In this document: positions 38,903 through 51,829 of the stretch, piece by piece
Numbering within the stretch: the stretch's first letter is position 1
Layout of the letters: each line of letters starts with the position of its first letter
NCBI GenBank assembly: GCA_040954595.2
Contig: CM082584.2
Span: 8,323,146-8,387,145 of the forward strand
DNA: 64,000 nucleotides
Source: Balanoglossus misakiensis
Lineage: Eukaryota; Animalia; Hemichordata
Reading direction: 5' to 3'
Notes under the pieces: generated by a model
Seen by the model: only the letters and a program-made list of their open reading frames with translations
The model's database searches: none
What the model was told of the DNA's origin: nothing
Position numbers and translations under genes: made by a program

Positions 38903-41900
38903 AGTCTGGCTCGGAATGGGACTTTCCAGACAAGACTACTTGTCAAGCTGTTGCACTGTTCTGGTGCAGGTATATATTTTCGCTTCCCGTTTTGACTCCA
39001 GGCTGTAAACACCCCGCCCCACTTTCTTTTTTTCAATGCCATTTTGAATCTTCCCGGTCCAGCCTCCAAGCAATGAGATGACTCGTACTCACACGCGCTC
39101 ACAACACACATACACATATTATCCATTTAAACAACTACTTTATTCGCTTCCAATAAAGGTGGGTAGGTACTGTAAACCCCACCGTGTTTAAAACAAAACG
39201 GTACAGTCTAGAGACGGTACTCTAGCTCCGAGTACGTGATTCTACTACAAACAGGCGTGAAATTGCACACGAAATGCATCAAAGAGAAAAAAAAAACATT
39301 CGGTAAAATACTATTAACCAATATTTGTATTACCTTCGAGGAAACAATACATTTAATCGGCCTCGTGTAGAGGTCACGATATTGACAAACAAAAACCGAT
39401 AAATACACTTAGAGTGAACATACGGTACATTTTTCATAAAGTGCTTCGGCCGTGACATAAAATCGCACAGCACTATTTCAATTTTGATGATCGCGACTGA
39501 AATGGCCGAGTACATTCTCACAACCCCCCCCCCTCCTCCCCCCGACAGATGAAGACAGCAACTGACCTCAACTGCACCCGCTCACTGAAAGTTCACCCAT
39601 ATCAAGCAAAATATTTTAACAACCATGAACAAAAATTCAAAGGATTTCAGATAATTCAAGCCAAATAAAACAAAATAAACCAACTGTCCTCCCTTACAAC
39701 ATGAGTTGCATGATGCTATTAAACCAAATCGGGTATCAGAGGTTCACCCACAATGCATTGCGACCCACGGCGCATTGTTGTTGACGTCAACAAAACATAT
39801 GGTGCATAATGCTGACAGATATTTGGCTAGTAAACGGCATGCCTTCTGGGAGAGTACTATTTTCAGTTTTCAACCAACATCCTGGAGTCGAGTCCCCTAG
39901 CCTCAACAAGTTTCACATGTAACTGGGGAGTTGGTTGGGCTGTAGTGTAATCTAGATTCTAGACTAGCTGAAATGCTTCAGGTATCTAGATCAAGAAGGT
40001 CAGTGTTTGGGTGGGCAACATGCGGCAGTCATTTAAAACCGAACACATTCAGGTTGTGTGTTCATTCTGTCCCTCATGGCAACAGTGTCAAATTCTGAGC
40101 CTGACCTTCACGCCTAGGGGACAAATAATTCATGGACCGTACACCAACGAACTTGTCAATACACGTATGTGGTAGAAACTCTGTCGCCTCTTTACCGCAA
40201 TGCATCATGGGTGGACCGACACAACAACCAATATACCCAGAGGTTACACTTCACCCTTAGCGCCACATAACAGAAAATTCAGTTGAGTGGTTGTCCAAAC
40301 ACAAGCAGGAAACGTCGTAGGTACAAACAAACACGCTCCATCTGAACCAGCATTTGGTTCAAGGCTGATGTCACGATATGACATTGACAGTTCATACGGG
40401 CTAGAAAAAATGTATTTTCTAGCACATACGAAGCATCAGAGGCATAGTGTGACACTATGACGCCGAATTCAAGATAAATCAGACTTGAAAAACCAATACA
40501 TTTGTACAACCACGGCGACGAAAGCACGGTCAAATGATGTGCGTGTTTTTTTTCATTCACCATGTATAAGTGGTAGTTTTTCACACTCCCTGAAACACTA
40601 CAACACAGAAAAAAACCTTCTCTCTTTCTGACTAAGTTAAAAGGCTTGTCGATAGTAAAACATCGAATGTTAACCTACTCAGCACATGTCACTTTTTAAA
40701 AAAAGAGACAAAAAACCACAGTACTGCAGCACTGGTAAATATCAGAAGTTTCGCCATTATTGGTTGCATTGATTATGCACGCTTATGCTAATACTACCAT
40801 GGATGGATTAAACATATCCAATTGAAAATAACTTGGTGCATGCTGTGGTGATAATCTCAGCTTTTTGAAAGTTACTACAGTACAGCGTAAATACCACGAC
40901 AATAAAATTTTGTTGGTGCTTCGAAGAAAGTAGGTACTCTCTGATCATATTCTGGTGTACATAAAATGATGTCTAATCTGCATGTTAAACTGATGTAAAT
41001 AATTCCTTATGGTGAAGTGTCGAATCGACCTGTTTGATTTGAAATAAACTCCCACACTGATCTGTAAGTTTAAACTTATCCAGATTAATACCAATGATGT
41101 ACATACATGCCAGATGTATAATAAAATACAGTTTTTTAATCAACTGTTAATTGCTATTATTGTTTTCGATTCATAAATGTTGTGAAACATGAAGAAATGC
41201 TTAAATGTCATACAGACATGGGGAAAAAACATGTTTGCCGTTGCTATGTCATCAAGTAAAACCTGCCAAAGTTGAACAGTGCTCTGTGTAAGACAGTGTT
41301 CAACTTAGATTTAGTTGAGACAAGTTTTACTGTAGATTGTAAATATAAGAATTGGAACACCTGCCCTTTCTATGAAAAACGTATATTTCAAGAGTAAAAT
41401 GAGCTGAAGGAGAAAACTATTCCACACAGATCATATATTCAGTGGTTTTAACTCCTTTTCCAAATTCCATGGGGAAACAAACTGCTATGTGATCTGGAAT
41501 CAGTCTGAACTGACAGTGTGGCGACAAAATATGACTGTCTAAATTACATGTTCAACTAAAACTATTGAAGGGAAAATCCTGAGATATATATTTATTTATA
41601 TAATGTACTATATTTTTATATATATCGAGGGCAAAAATCCAAAACAAAAGCTGCCATAAGCTGCCATTCCTGATGCGAATGGTCAAACATGTTTAACATA
41701 TCTTTATAATAAATATGACAGAACAAACAGAAATGGCGATTATACCGTAAAGACAAAACACAGATTGTGCTTTCTGACTCTGGGAAGGCTGAAACAGCAC
41801 TTCATAAATACAAATTGCAACCAGCCTGTAGATGTTTGGGGGTAAATTTCCCACTTGCTCTGCAAAATGCTTTGTAAAGCACTGAGACCGAGCATTTTCC

Positions 41901-41935
41901 TTATTTCAGACATGTATCGTTTCTTTCAGGATTGT

Positions 41936-44900
41936 CTACACTACCGATATCGGGGGCAGATACACGACTTTTTCGTATTCTAGGACAGCGGGGGCTGCGT
42001 TGGCCAATTTGATGGCCGCGATGGAGTCCTCCGACGTGTCGTCGCCGTCTTTGCCGCCCTTCGATGAGGAGTCCCTCCTGTCAGACATTTGCGGGCCGAA
42101 GAACGTGAGGAACGTCGGGAGGAAGACGACCGCGAAGAGGGCGCCGAAGCCGATGGCCAGGAAATTCATCTTGAAGAAGGTGCGAAAGGTGTAGGCGTTC
42201 GACGAGCTCAGGGCGATGATGCCCAGAATGGTGGAGAAGGCCCCCTGCAGGATGGGCATGCCCAGGGCGTGGAGGGCGTCCACGGCCCGCTCGTTCTTGG
42301 TCTCCGCGTTGGAGACGACAAACGCGTACGTGATGTGGGCCGAGAAGTCCACACTGAAGCCGATGCAGATGATGAGGTTGATCATGGAGATGGCGTCCAG
42401 CGAGATGCCCCAGTGCGACATGAAGCCTATGACCCCGGTGGATATGAATATCACCGCAAACGTCACCCATATCGAGCACGCCGGGTGGGGGATGAGGACT
42501 AGCGACACTAAGAGCATTGACGCTGCCGCTATCCCCATTGTCTGTAGGGTGCTCGGTAGTATTTCCACGTACTGGTCGAAGAAGATGAACGCAGGGTGGT
42601 AGGCCAGCATCGGAACCTGGCTCTTCTCGGCTATCCTGCGGACGTCCAGCATCATCTCCCGCTGCGTGTTAGCGCTGTTGGCGTTCTCGGCCAGGACGAA
42701 GAACCGCGACGCTATGATGGCCTCGTTTCCGAACGTGATGTCCGTCTTGTACCGATCGAAGCCCGGGATGTTGAGGAACTCGTCCTGGAGGACCCGTATG
42801 AAGTTGTCCTTGCCCATGAGATCCGCCCTCCGACCAGTCTGATTCAGATACAGCAGGTAGTCTTGCAGCCAGGACTGTGTGAATTTGGCGTCGTGGAAAA
42901 ACTCTGTATCCTCGATCTCCCGCAGCGTCTTGGAAATATTCCGTTGAACCTCCGCATCCCAGTACTCGGCGTGCTGGTAGACCGTCACCGACACCGGAAA
43001 GCCGTACCGGGCGAAGTACTCGTCCTCCAGATCCAGGAATCGGCTGCCGTAGGAGTCGTCGGGAATGGTGTTCTTCAGCTTGATGCCGCGCTGCAACTTC
43101 AGGCAGCCCCATACGGCAAACGCCAGGTATGCCAGGAAGGAGAGCACGATCAGACCCTTCACCCAGGTCTTGGTCAGGAACGGGCCGTAGTACTTCCGGA
43201 AGAACTTGGCAAACATGTGCTCGGGGTAGGCCGCCTTCGGGTTGGAGTCGCTCAGTCCGCCCGAGCAGAAGACCCGGTACAGGGTGCTGGGCGCCTCGTC
43301 CGGCGCCAGGACTTTCTGGCAGGTGGCCCAGTGCACGTTCCTGGCCTCCAGTCGCCCGAACTCCGACAGGCAGGCGCCGAAGAAGGTGATCTGGTAGATG
43401 TAGCCGAAGATGATCGCCAAGCCGGTGTACAGGCAGAAGATTCTCACCCCAGGGAAGTCCGAGATGGCTCCCACGCAGAAGGCGAGCACGTCAGTGACGC
43501 TGGTGATGGTGATGGACATGGCCGCCTCTTTGAAGGTCTGGGCCATACGGTCTTCCACGGACATGTATGCTGGACTTCTCCGCCACGCAGCGATCATGAT
43601 GAACATATTGTCAACTCCAATTCCTGAAAATGCAAAACGAGAATAATGAGTCAAATGGAAAAGCAAAAACTCAAGGCATGTGAACAGAATGCATGTATTG
43701 CAGCATTAATGTTAAAGTTCAAGTTTGTATGCAAGTCATAGTCCACTACTTGATATGGAACTTTACCATCCATGAAGATTGCGATCACCTTGGCACATGG
43801 TCAAATGACAGAACTGTGAACCAACTGAAAGAATTAGAGTGCCCCATTAGTAATCTGTCTGGCACACAACATTCTCACGCTCACCTGAGGCTGAGAAGGG
43901 ATACGTTTTTTTTCTTTTTCTTATTTCACCCAATAAAGTGGCTTAAGGGATCAGGCCCCACATGGGGAGTGACACATAAGATTCTATGATGGAAGTTGGG
44001 CATGTAACAAATCCTTTTCTGGCCATCACAGAAGTTGTCAGAGTCACGTAATCTGCTTCAGACTATAGTCGCCGGGACCACCAGAGACACAAAAGAAGCG
44101 TTCTCTTTGAGAGAATATTCAAAGGGCCGAAGAGGTGTAAACAGAAGTGGAACTTTCAAAAGACACAAAAAGAGAAGAGCCTTGAAAAAAATGTTGTGAA
44201 ATGTTCAAGGCGGAAAAGCCAGCAGGTATTGATGGCTAGCGGAGCTGAGCCGTGTCGACAGAAGACGCACTGACCTAGTTATCTGACCTGAACGGGACGA
44301 GATAGGCCGCGCTCACAATGTCATGAATAGCTTTCGATACGATGAAAAGAGAAGTGAAGAAAATGCATGATTTATGTCGTGGTCAATCTATTTTGTCTTG
44401 GAAACAAGTTTGAAAAAAAGCCGGATTTGATACAATTACAAGCTGGGAATTTTCTGCGGTGTTGTAGGCAGTGCAGTGACGTGGACATCGCAATGTGTAC
44501 ATCATGCGCAGAGTGATACACTATTGAATGAGGACAACGCACTCTGAAAAGTTTGTTCACCCCAGCGTGGTAGCCGGCCGGCTACATCACATAGTGTGTA
44601 CACAAAGCAAACGATCATGTCGGTCGCGATCGGCCGGCGTATTCCTGGCCTCAGTTTGCGCCAGCGCTATAATATTGTGTCCAAACACTTGCCCGTCCCA
44701 CTGTACATCACAAGTTTTATTTTGCTGTGCGGCTGCTGGTACCAGCATGTGGAACAACGCAACGCGCCTGATAAACTGGTCACACGCCCGTCAGCTGTGA
44801 AAACAGCACTGTAGAAAGCTAGAACTTCCACGAATAGCTACGGTTTCAGTATTTTAAACACAGACTCGCATAATCTTTTTGAATTAAGGCATATCCCCAA

Positions 44901-47900
44901 TCTGATTAAAATCAGATGTAGAGTTAATAAGCGCTGTTCGGAATGGGGCCCACACAACCGCGTACACCCGAAAGCAAGTTCTGCCATTGACAGAACAGAC
45001 CTGTCCCGCCAAAACGATCACCAAAGATAAACACACACAAGGACACGAAGGGCTTCTTCAGTTAATAATAAATAACCACCACCACACTCAGGACAGCGAA
45101 AGTATTAAACTAATCCGTTTTACATCTGCTGCACGGATGACGAAAATACTGACGGTGGTAATCCCGACAATCAGTTGAAAGATCAGAGCGTTTCCATGAC
45201 GATATAGAAATTCCCAGTAAATATAGTCAATATTTGCTGATCAATGCCTTGATCATGATTGTTTAATTAAAATTGGGCAAATAATTTCATAAGCCATATA
45301 TATTTGTGGAAGATATCTGGGGCCCGTTCAAATTTGACTGATGTGTGCTTTTGCGATTCACTTCACCAGCCAAGAGATACGTCATATTATTATATGCATA
45401 AATTAGGTTTCATATACATGTGGCCGCATTCCAAGACTAAATCGGGATGAGGTCGGCAAATATGCAAGCAATGTTCGCGGATTCACGGCGAAGAGCTATT
45501 TTTGCACCGGAAAATACCAACAGAGTCACCAACCAGCCGATTATTTCAAGTCATTGAATACTTATAACTAAGCTAATCTCGAGAGTGTCAAAATTCAATT
45601 TTTAACTGTACTGTGTTCAATACTTGTTTTTGAAATATTTTTTCTGTTTGTGGCTGACACAGACCAGGGCCAGATGGCAGAAGATGACGTTGATCAACTC
45701 GCTGTGCGGGCATAATATGCCGTATTGTGAATAGAACTGACCTCACCATCGGATCAAGGGAATAAAACGTAGCATAAACCTTTGCGCATGCTCACAAAAT
45801 AAGAGAGATTGAGGTTAACAAACTTTCCATTTCACGGCCTCGCAATGCGTGAAAAGCAGAAAAATATCTCCGAAAAATAATATCGGTATTCGTGACAGTG
45901 ATAAAATATCGACCTATATCACAATCGACATATCGGATTAAAATAGCCGGATTTCGTAACTGCAAACTCGGATCGGAGGCGCAAATACGATGTTGCAATG
46001 TTTGTCGTCGACGCGTCGTCACGTCGCCGCAACTTGTTGGAATTGCCACAGGAGCAAAAGTAATATATTCACAATGTACAAATATTATTACTCGCGACCG
46101 CTATTGTTTTCAGCTTATAAATCTCCGTATGGCAAATCCCTGGTCGGTTGGCTGTGTCTGCGTGCGTGGGCTAGAACAATACCAGTGGACACGGAATAGC
46201 TATAAATTTCTATTTTTCCACGTATATATTATAACCATCCATTGTATTTAAATTTTAAAACCAAGTCTGTACACCACATCATTAACCCTATTGCTACCGG
46301 GTGTCATAACCCGTTAGAGTCTCAAGTCCATATAGATACGTATCATCACTGGAATACGTATTTAGACAGTGTTGGTTTCTTTGATTAGCTGCCATGTGTG
46401 TATTTAGACAGGGTCGTTTGCCTCAATCTAGCTGTATCCACTGTTTATGATCATCTTGGCCTGATCAAATTACCCAGCAGAGGCGGTTTAGTATGTACTC
46501 AGCTGTTCAAATATTTGACATTACACAGTCTGATACCAATTCATTTCTCCACAGTCAAGTATGCCCGGGATTCTAGGGGGGTAGGAAAATAACTACGTTT
46601 CCTACTGACTTGGCACTGTTAGGGTTAAAAGAGGTCATTCCAGCCAGCATTTGTAGACATCCCTGCTTCTCAGCGAAATGGAGGTCAACCTAGTTAACCC
46701 CGTGCCTTCTTTGTTCGAACACAATGGACTACAAGGATTTGAATAGACAGAATGATGAGCTTGAAAATCGTGCACGAATATACAGCCGGCTATTTGTCAT
46801 AACGTAGGCAACCAGTCAATAATTGAAATATCACAATTGTAATCTTCTTTGCTTTTTCTATAAGAATTTTTACGAGGGCGAGATCCGGTATTATATAATG
46901 TACACGAAAAACCAACATCTTATTTGTCGACCTTCCAATACCCATGAAATGATGAATTGAATGGTAGGGAAAAAATAGACGTGGGAACCGAGTTTCAAGG
47001 TCAGGGAAGAACATTGCAATATAATCCATGTGAATGAAAAGAAACTCCAAAGACAAAGGAAACGATTATTTCACAAAATATCTTGCAAATCATGAGTGAA
47101 ACTCACATGACGGTAATAAAACAAAGCAAAGTCTACGCGTGTGCCGGACCCGGCGCCCACGCGCTGAGGGAACAATATCGCAAAAAGTTTGTTGACCCAC
47201 ACAGTAGCGCGCGCACTGAACGAGAGGAGTGAATACTTACCGAGGATGAGGAAAGGCATCGACGCTACGGCATTTATGAAATCCACCTTGCAGAAGCCAA
47301 GCAGGCCCATCGCCGAGAGTATAGCCATGGCAGCGGTCAGGACACCGAGCAGCCCCAGCCACGGTTTACTGGTCACGCAGTCAAACGATGAACAGCAGAG
47401 GATGGAAAATAAAATGATCACACAGAAAGTGATAGCGAAACGGGGCACGATGCCTTCGATGCTTTTGGCCAATTCTGAGTCCAGCGTCTGGGACGTGTAA
47501 TAAGTGAAACTCAGTTTGTCCGATTGATAAGCCCCCAAGTAGTCCTGGAGTGTCTTTTCCCATTCCTTGCTCACTTCGGCGTCCATTTCATCATTTGATC
47601 GAAGGTAGTAGATCAGCTGCATCGCTTTTGCCGACCTCACGACATCATCGCCCATTATTCGCACGCCGCCGATACTGTTGCCGATGAACACCGGGTGGCC
47701 GGTCGGCGACGGTGCAAACGGATAGGTCAGTGTAACCCTCTCGTACCAAGGAGAATTGCGTACGTAATCCATCACCTGGAATATTACATTTTCCAGACAC
47801 CCATCTTTCCATCGTCCGCAGAGATCGTTGTACTGGACGGTCTTGCCCTCGTAGGTCGCAGTCATGTTCAAAATGTCGTCGTTCAATTTTTTGGCCGCAG

Positions 47901-48258
47901 CCAAAACGCCATCCTGGAGCACGCTACTCTGTTCATCTTTCGCCATGACGATAACCCTGGCATACTGCCCGCTTTTCGACAGTCGGCTTGGTAGGAAATC
48001 CCCGTCGTCATTCATGGGGAACAGTTCAACCACGATGTCTCGATGGAGCTTCGAAGGACCGTGCTCAGGTGTGTAGGCCGCTTCTCTGTCCGAGTCATCT
48101 TTCAGGTACATCATGCCGGCTCCCAAAATTGCCGTCATAATCAGCGGCCAGAGGAAGTAAGGCAACGGGTACTTGCTGAGAAGTCGACCATGCCAGTGGA
48201 AAAGCCCCGAGAGCTTGCTCTCGATGCAATTCACCATTACCATACGCTTCTGCACCAT
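41936..48258 (-). CDS. Patched domain-containing protein (PTCHD3/Patched-related, RND/sterol-sensing family), 2 exons, ~901 aa
   Basis: Exon 1 48258-47241 (ATG of MVQKR) and exon 2 43623-41936, phase-1 junction giving MPFLIL-GIGVDNMFIM. SSD motifs SKPWLG and SITITSVTD; TM10 IGFSVDFSAH; multi-pass membrane protein with two large luminal loops. Confidence 0.93.
46286..46624. mobile_element. Degenerate piggyBac-like MITE in the PTCHD intron
   Basis: TTAA|CCCTA...TAGGG|TTAA boundaries; the TIR match is weak beyond 5 bp. Confidence 0.4.
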
Positions 48259-51200
48259 CTTTCCGCTTTGTTGGTTGGTTGCGAAATGCGCGCTCACTGC
48301 AGAACGTGTTCATCCAGCAGCTGCCACTGTGCCGCTGCCACGCAATAACATTGTGCGCGCGCAGGGTACGGCGTTGAGGTCGCACTCCAGCTCCGTTTTT
48401 ATCTCGATCGAGCACAAATATTCCACACGAAAACGTCTGGGCTTTTAATTAAACGAACCCGTGCTTGTTAGATCACATGAAAATAACCCTTCTTCCAGCG
48501 CACACTAAAAAGTATGGTACCGGATTAATTTTGGCGGCAAAACGGAGCGACGAAATGAGGTCTGTAAACTCGGTTAAACAAAGGAAACAATGAACGAACC
48601 GCTATATAGTATGAAAAGTTTATTGAACCCGTAGTTCCCTCCATTGTTGAATGAAATCGATAGTGATTTGCATTTTGTGACGTAAATTGCTCTTCAAACG
48701 GCGCTCCCCGTCTGTTGAAATTACTTTCGGATTAATTAATGCACTTGTCAGGCACATTTCACAATCAGTGAAATATTAAAGATTTGATGAGTTAATACTA
48801 CTGTAGTACCCGGTTACACATGTTATAGATGAAATAAATGTGTTGGTCGCGGTGACAACAGTAGAAACTGAAAGTTCGTTGACACCAGCCACGGAGCTGT
48901 TCTAAGCGCTCTACAGCGCATGCTCAGGGATCCCTGAAGGGAAGTGCGCGTTTGGGGAGAATCTGGCATGTGTCGGGGGTGGGGGGGGGGGTGGGGGTCA
49001 GTGTAGCTGAACTTCAATTTTTTGTTGATTGGCCCTTAATAACGAACTTACCATTGATTAAACTAATAACAATATTATGAATTAATCCGATATTCTATTG
49101 TCAAAATACTAATATTGGAAATTAACCCGACATCTTCCCAGAAGGCGCGGAAGGTTAAAGGGGGGGGGGGGGGCAGGGGTGAGATCATGATTTGAAGGTT
49201 TTACGCCGGGGACTCGTAGGACTGAATATCTTGACCACGCATTATAAAACTAACGTCGACAAATAAGTATAAGTGACTTCCTTTTCACCGACAGAACCAC
49301 GCTTCCAGTGAAATGTCGATTTTTTAAAAATCCAATACTATGCCAAATGCATTGTCAATGACAAATGCCTATGCTAACGACAAGTCACGTTTCGACCGTA
49401 TTCGGCCGAGTTGGTTGCGAAATCCGCCGGGTGGCCTAACACTTATTTCCAGGTTGCTATCGATTTTCTTTTCTAAATAGAGAATATTGTTAAAATATTG
49501 ATGACTATGCCATAAGATAACCTGAAACAAAGACGGTGAACAGTAATCGACAACCTGCAGACTAGGAAAAGGTCACGAGGCATCGATTCCCCCCCATGTT
49601 TAACATTTGAGTATAAAACATCCATTGTCATGGTTTTTTTAACGTGGTGGTGTTTCGTTTTATATTCTGACGCACATGCCATTTTATTAGCCGGCATTGT
49701 GGTTAAAGGTAGTACCCGTCTCTTCCATCATAAAATCACTTACGTCAGCGAACCTACATCTGTGTTTTCAAATATTGCATTCCGCCCGAAGTGATATTCG
49801 CGTGAGGAAAATCGTTTCACAGGTGTGGGAGACATAGAGTATAAAAAGACTGACAAATGCTACACGATTGTCCCGTCCTTTCGTTTGTTGAAAAAAAGAA
49901 AGAAAGTCGAAACCAATTCTTGAAGCAGATTCGAAATTATTTTTGCACCTCATGGGCGCGCATTCATGGAGCCACGTCACAACGACACGGATAATTTAAA
50001 AAAAGCCACTGAGCCATAATAAGCGGAAGAAGCGTACGTGTTTGTGAGAAATTAAATGGTTGTGTAACTGCTACTAATGTCACCCACAGAAAAATTATCA
50101 AACCGAAGGAGGAAAAACGTAGTATAATTCTGTAGGAATGACTCAAGCTGTAATAGAAAATAGAGATACATGTAATAATACCCGTTTAAACAACCTTCCG
50201 ATTGTATACACGAACTGAATTTCATCATTCTGGGGATAATGAGATTGAAGGGGAACGTCATTCTTTACATTTATTATGAATGCCATGGGACAGGTCAACA
50301 AACTATTGCATGTATCAGCTAGGCGCACGCTCCGCGGAATTTTCCCGTATGTGTGATCGAGTATGGGGACCGTGAAGTATTTATTAACGAGTGCCACACG
50401 CGACGGGATCCGTGTCTTCCCACTGGTGGTTTAATGTTGTGGACTCGGTCTGGAAAGAACGTATTAAACTAGTCCACGTGGAAAGTTATTTGTCGGTATC
50501 TCTGTATATATGTCTGTCGTCTGAATTAATCACAGGAAATATGCGAATCACTCGTGATATACCATTGACATACATGTACATGTAATCTAGATTAATTGCT
50601 GTCCCAGTAATCGACAAAGCAATTCTCAGAGGTATAAGCATTACATGGCCAAAGTTACCCACTTTTGATAATCTATGTACATTAAAATAAACGACGCAAA
50701 AAGTGAGCGACTTTGTCTCTTAAAGCGAAATTTGCAATTTCTTTTATTCATGAATCAAAGGATACAAAATATACCCTCTTCTGCCGACAGAGGGCGCATT
50801 GCCCGGCAACTCTGGATGAAAAAAAATATAAATCTTCTACCAACAGAGGGCGCATTGCCCGACTACTTGTCCAGTTTCAGAATTCGAATTCGTCATGGCA
50901 TTTGCAAACGTAAAATGTGAAATTTCAAGTTCCCCAGAGTAAGTTTGCAAAATGTGACCCTCCCCCAAGGGCAGATTTGTAAAAAAAGGCAACCCCATTT
51001 ACCCTAGACCACCCCCTCATAATCACTAGGCCTAAATGTTCCCTAAAGTTCGGAATGCACTTCCCGTTGTTCACGTTACATCTCCGATATTTGTTAAAAA
51101 ATACAATTTCTTTCAGGCGCCGCAGTAATTTCAAGGAATATGTAGGGACAACAGTTCCAAAGGAAGACGTATGCAGTTCTTGGAGTTCTCAAAGCTCGGC

Positions 51201-51829
51201 CTTGAATGAAGTAGAGCGAGACGATCAACACGGCGCTAGATGGAAACACTTCCTGTTTACGTTATTACCACAGACAAATAACAACAAGCCATATACGGGT
51301 AATACAGTGGCTTTCACTGTCACGTGACCACCACTGGCTGAGAAATAAGAACAGCAAAGGCGCAATAGAATTTGAGTAAAATAACCAAATGTACTTTTGG
51401 TGAAATATACAACATGCATGCTGTCTGATCTGAGTCTGAGTACAATCTTGTCTGAGTACGATCGTGATATTGTGACCCGTTGACCGTTCAGTCACCCATT
51501 CAGTCCAAAGTTGATCAGTTTGCGAATTCAAAAACAGGAAACGGACTATGTGAAATGGAGTAACAGGTCAAAGGTTCTCATAAATGTCGAGCGCTGTGCT
51601 GTTGTTTTCTTATATTCTGTATCCTTACAATGTATATCAACAGCGTCTTCCATGAAATTATAATACCAAGAAATCTGACAATGAATCTCCTGTTTGGGTC
51701 TTATATAAAGAGCAAGCCCTGCGACGTAAATTTTCAAGTGACTCTGCGAGCAGGAGAGAGACAAAACACCGAGCTTCAAATATTCGACTTTCAACTTCCA
51801 GTCTTACAGATAGTCCAATTGATGACAAG

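Noticed and set aside
38918-38927. Canonical NF-kB site GGGACTTTCC (also GGGAATTTCC at 58896-58905)
   Set aside because: A few matches to the degenerate kB consensus are expected by chance in 64 kb, and neither is at an evident promoter.
29890-41900. Many 60-137 aa ORFs in the gene-free interval
   Set aside because: No domain similarity, codon bias or consistent splice chain that I could recognise; a non-coding or highly diverged gene cannot be excluded.
42089-43646. Long + strand ORFs (343 aa at 42596-43627 and others)
   Set aside because: Antisense shadows of the GC3-rich PTCHD exon 2.
44570-44585. Perfect 16-bp palindrome GTAGCCGGCCGGCTAC in the PTCHD intron
   Set aside because: Isolated, with no TSD or associated structure; no function can be supported.
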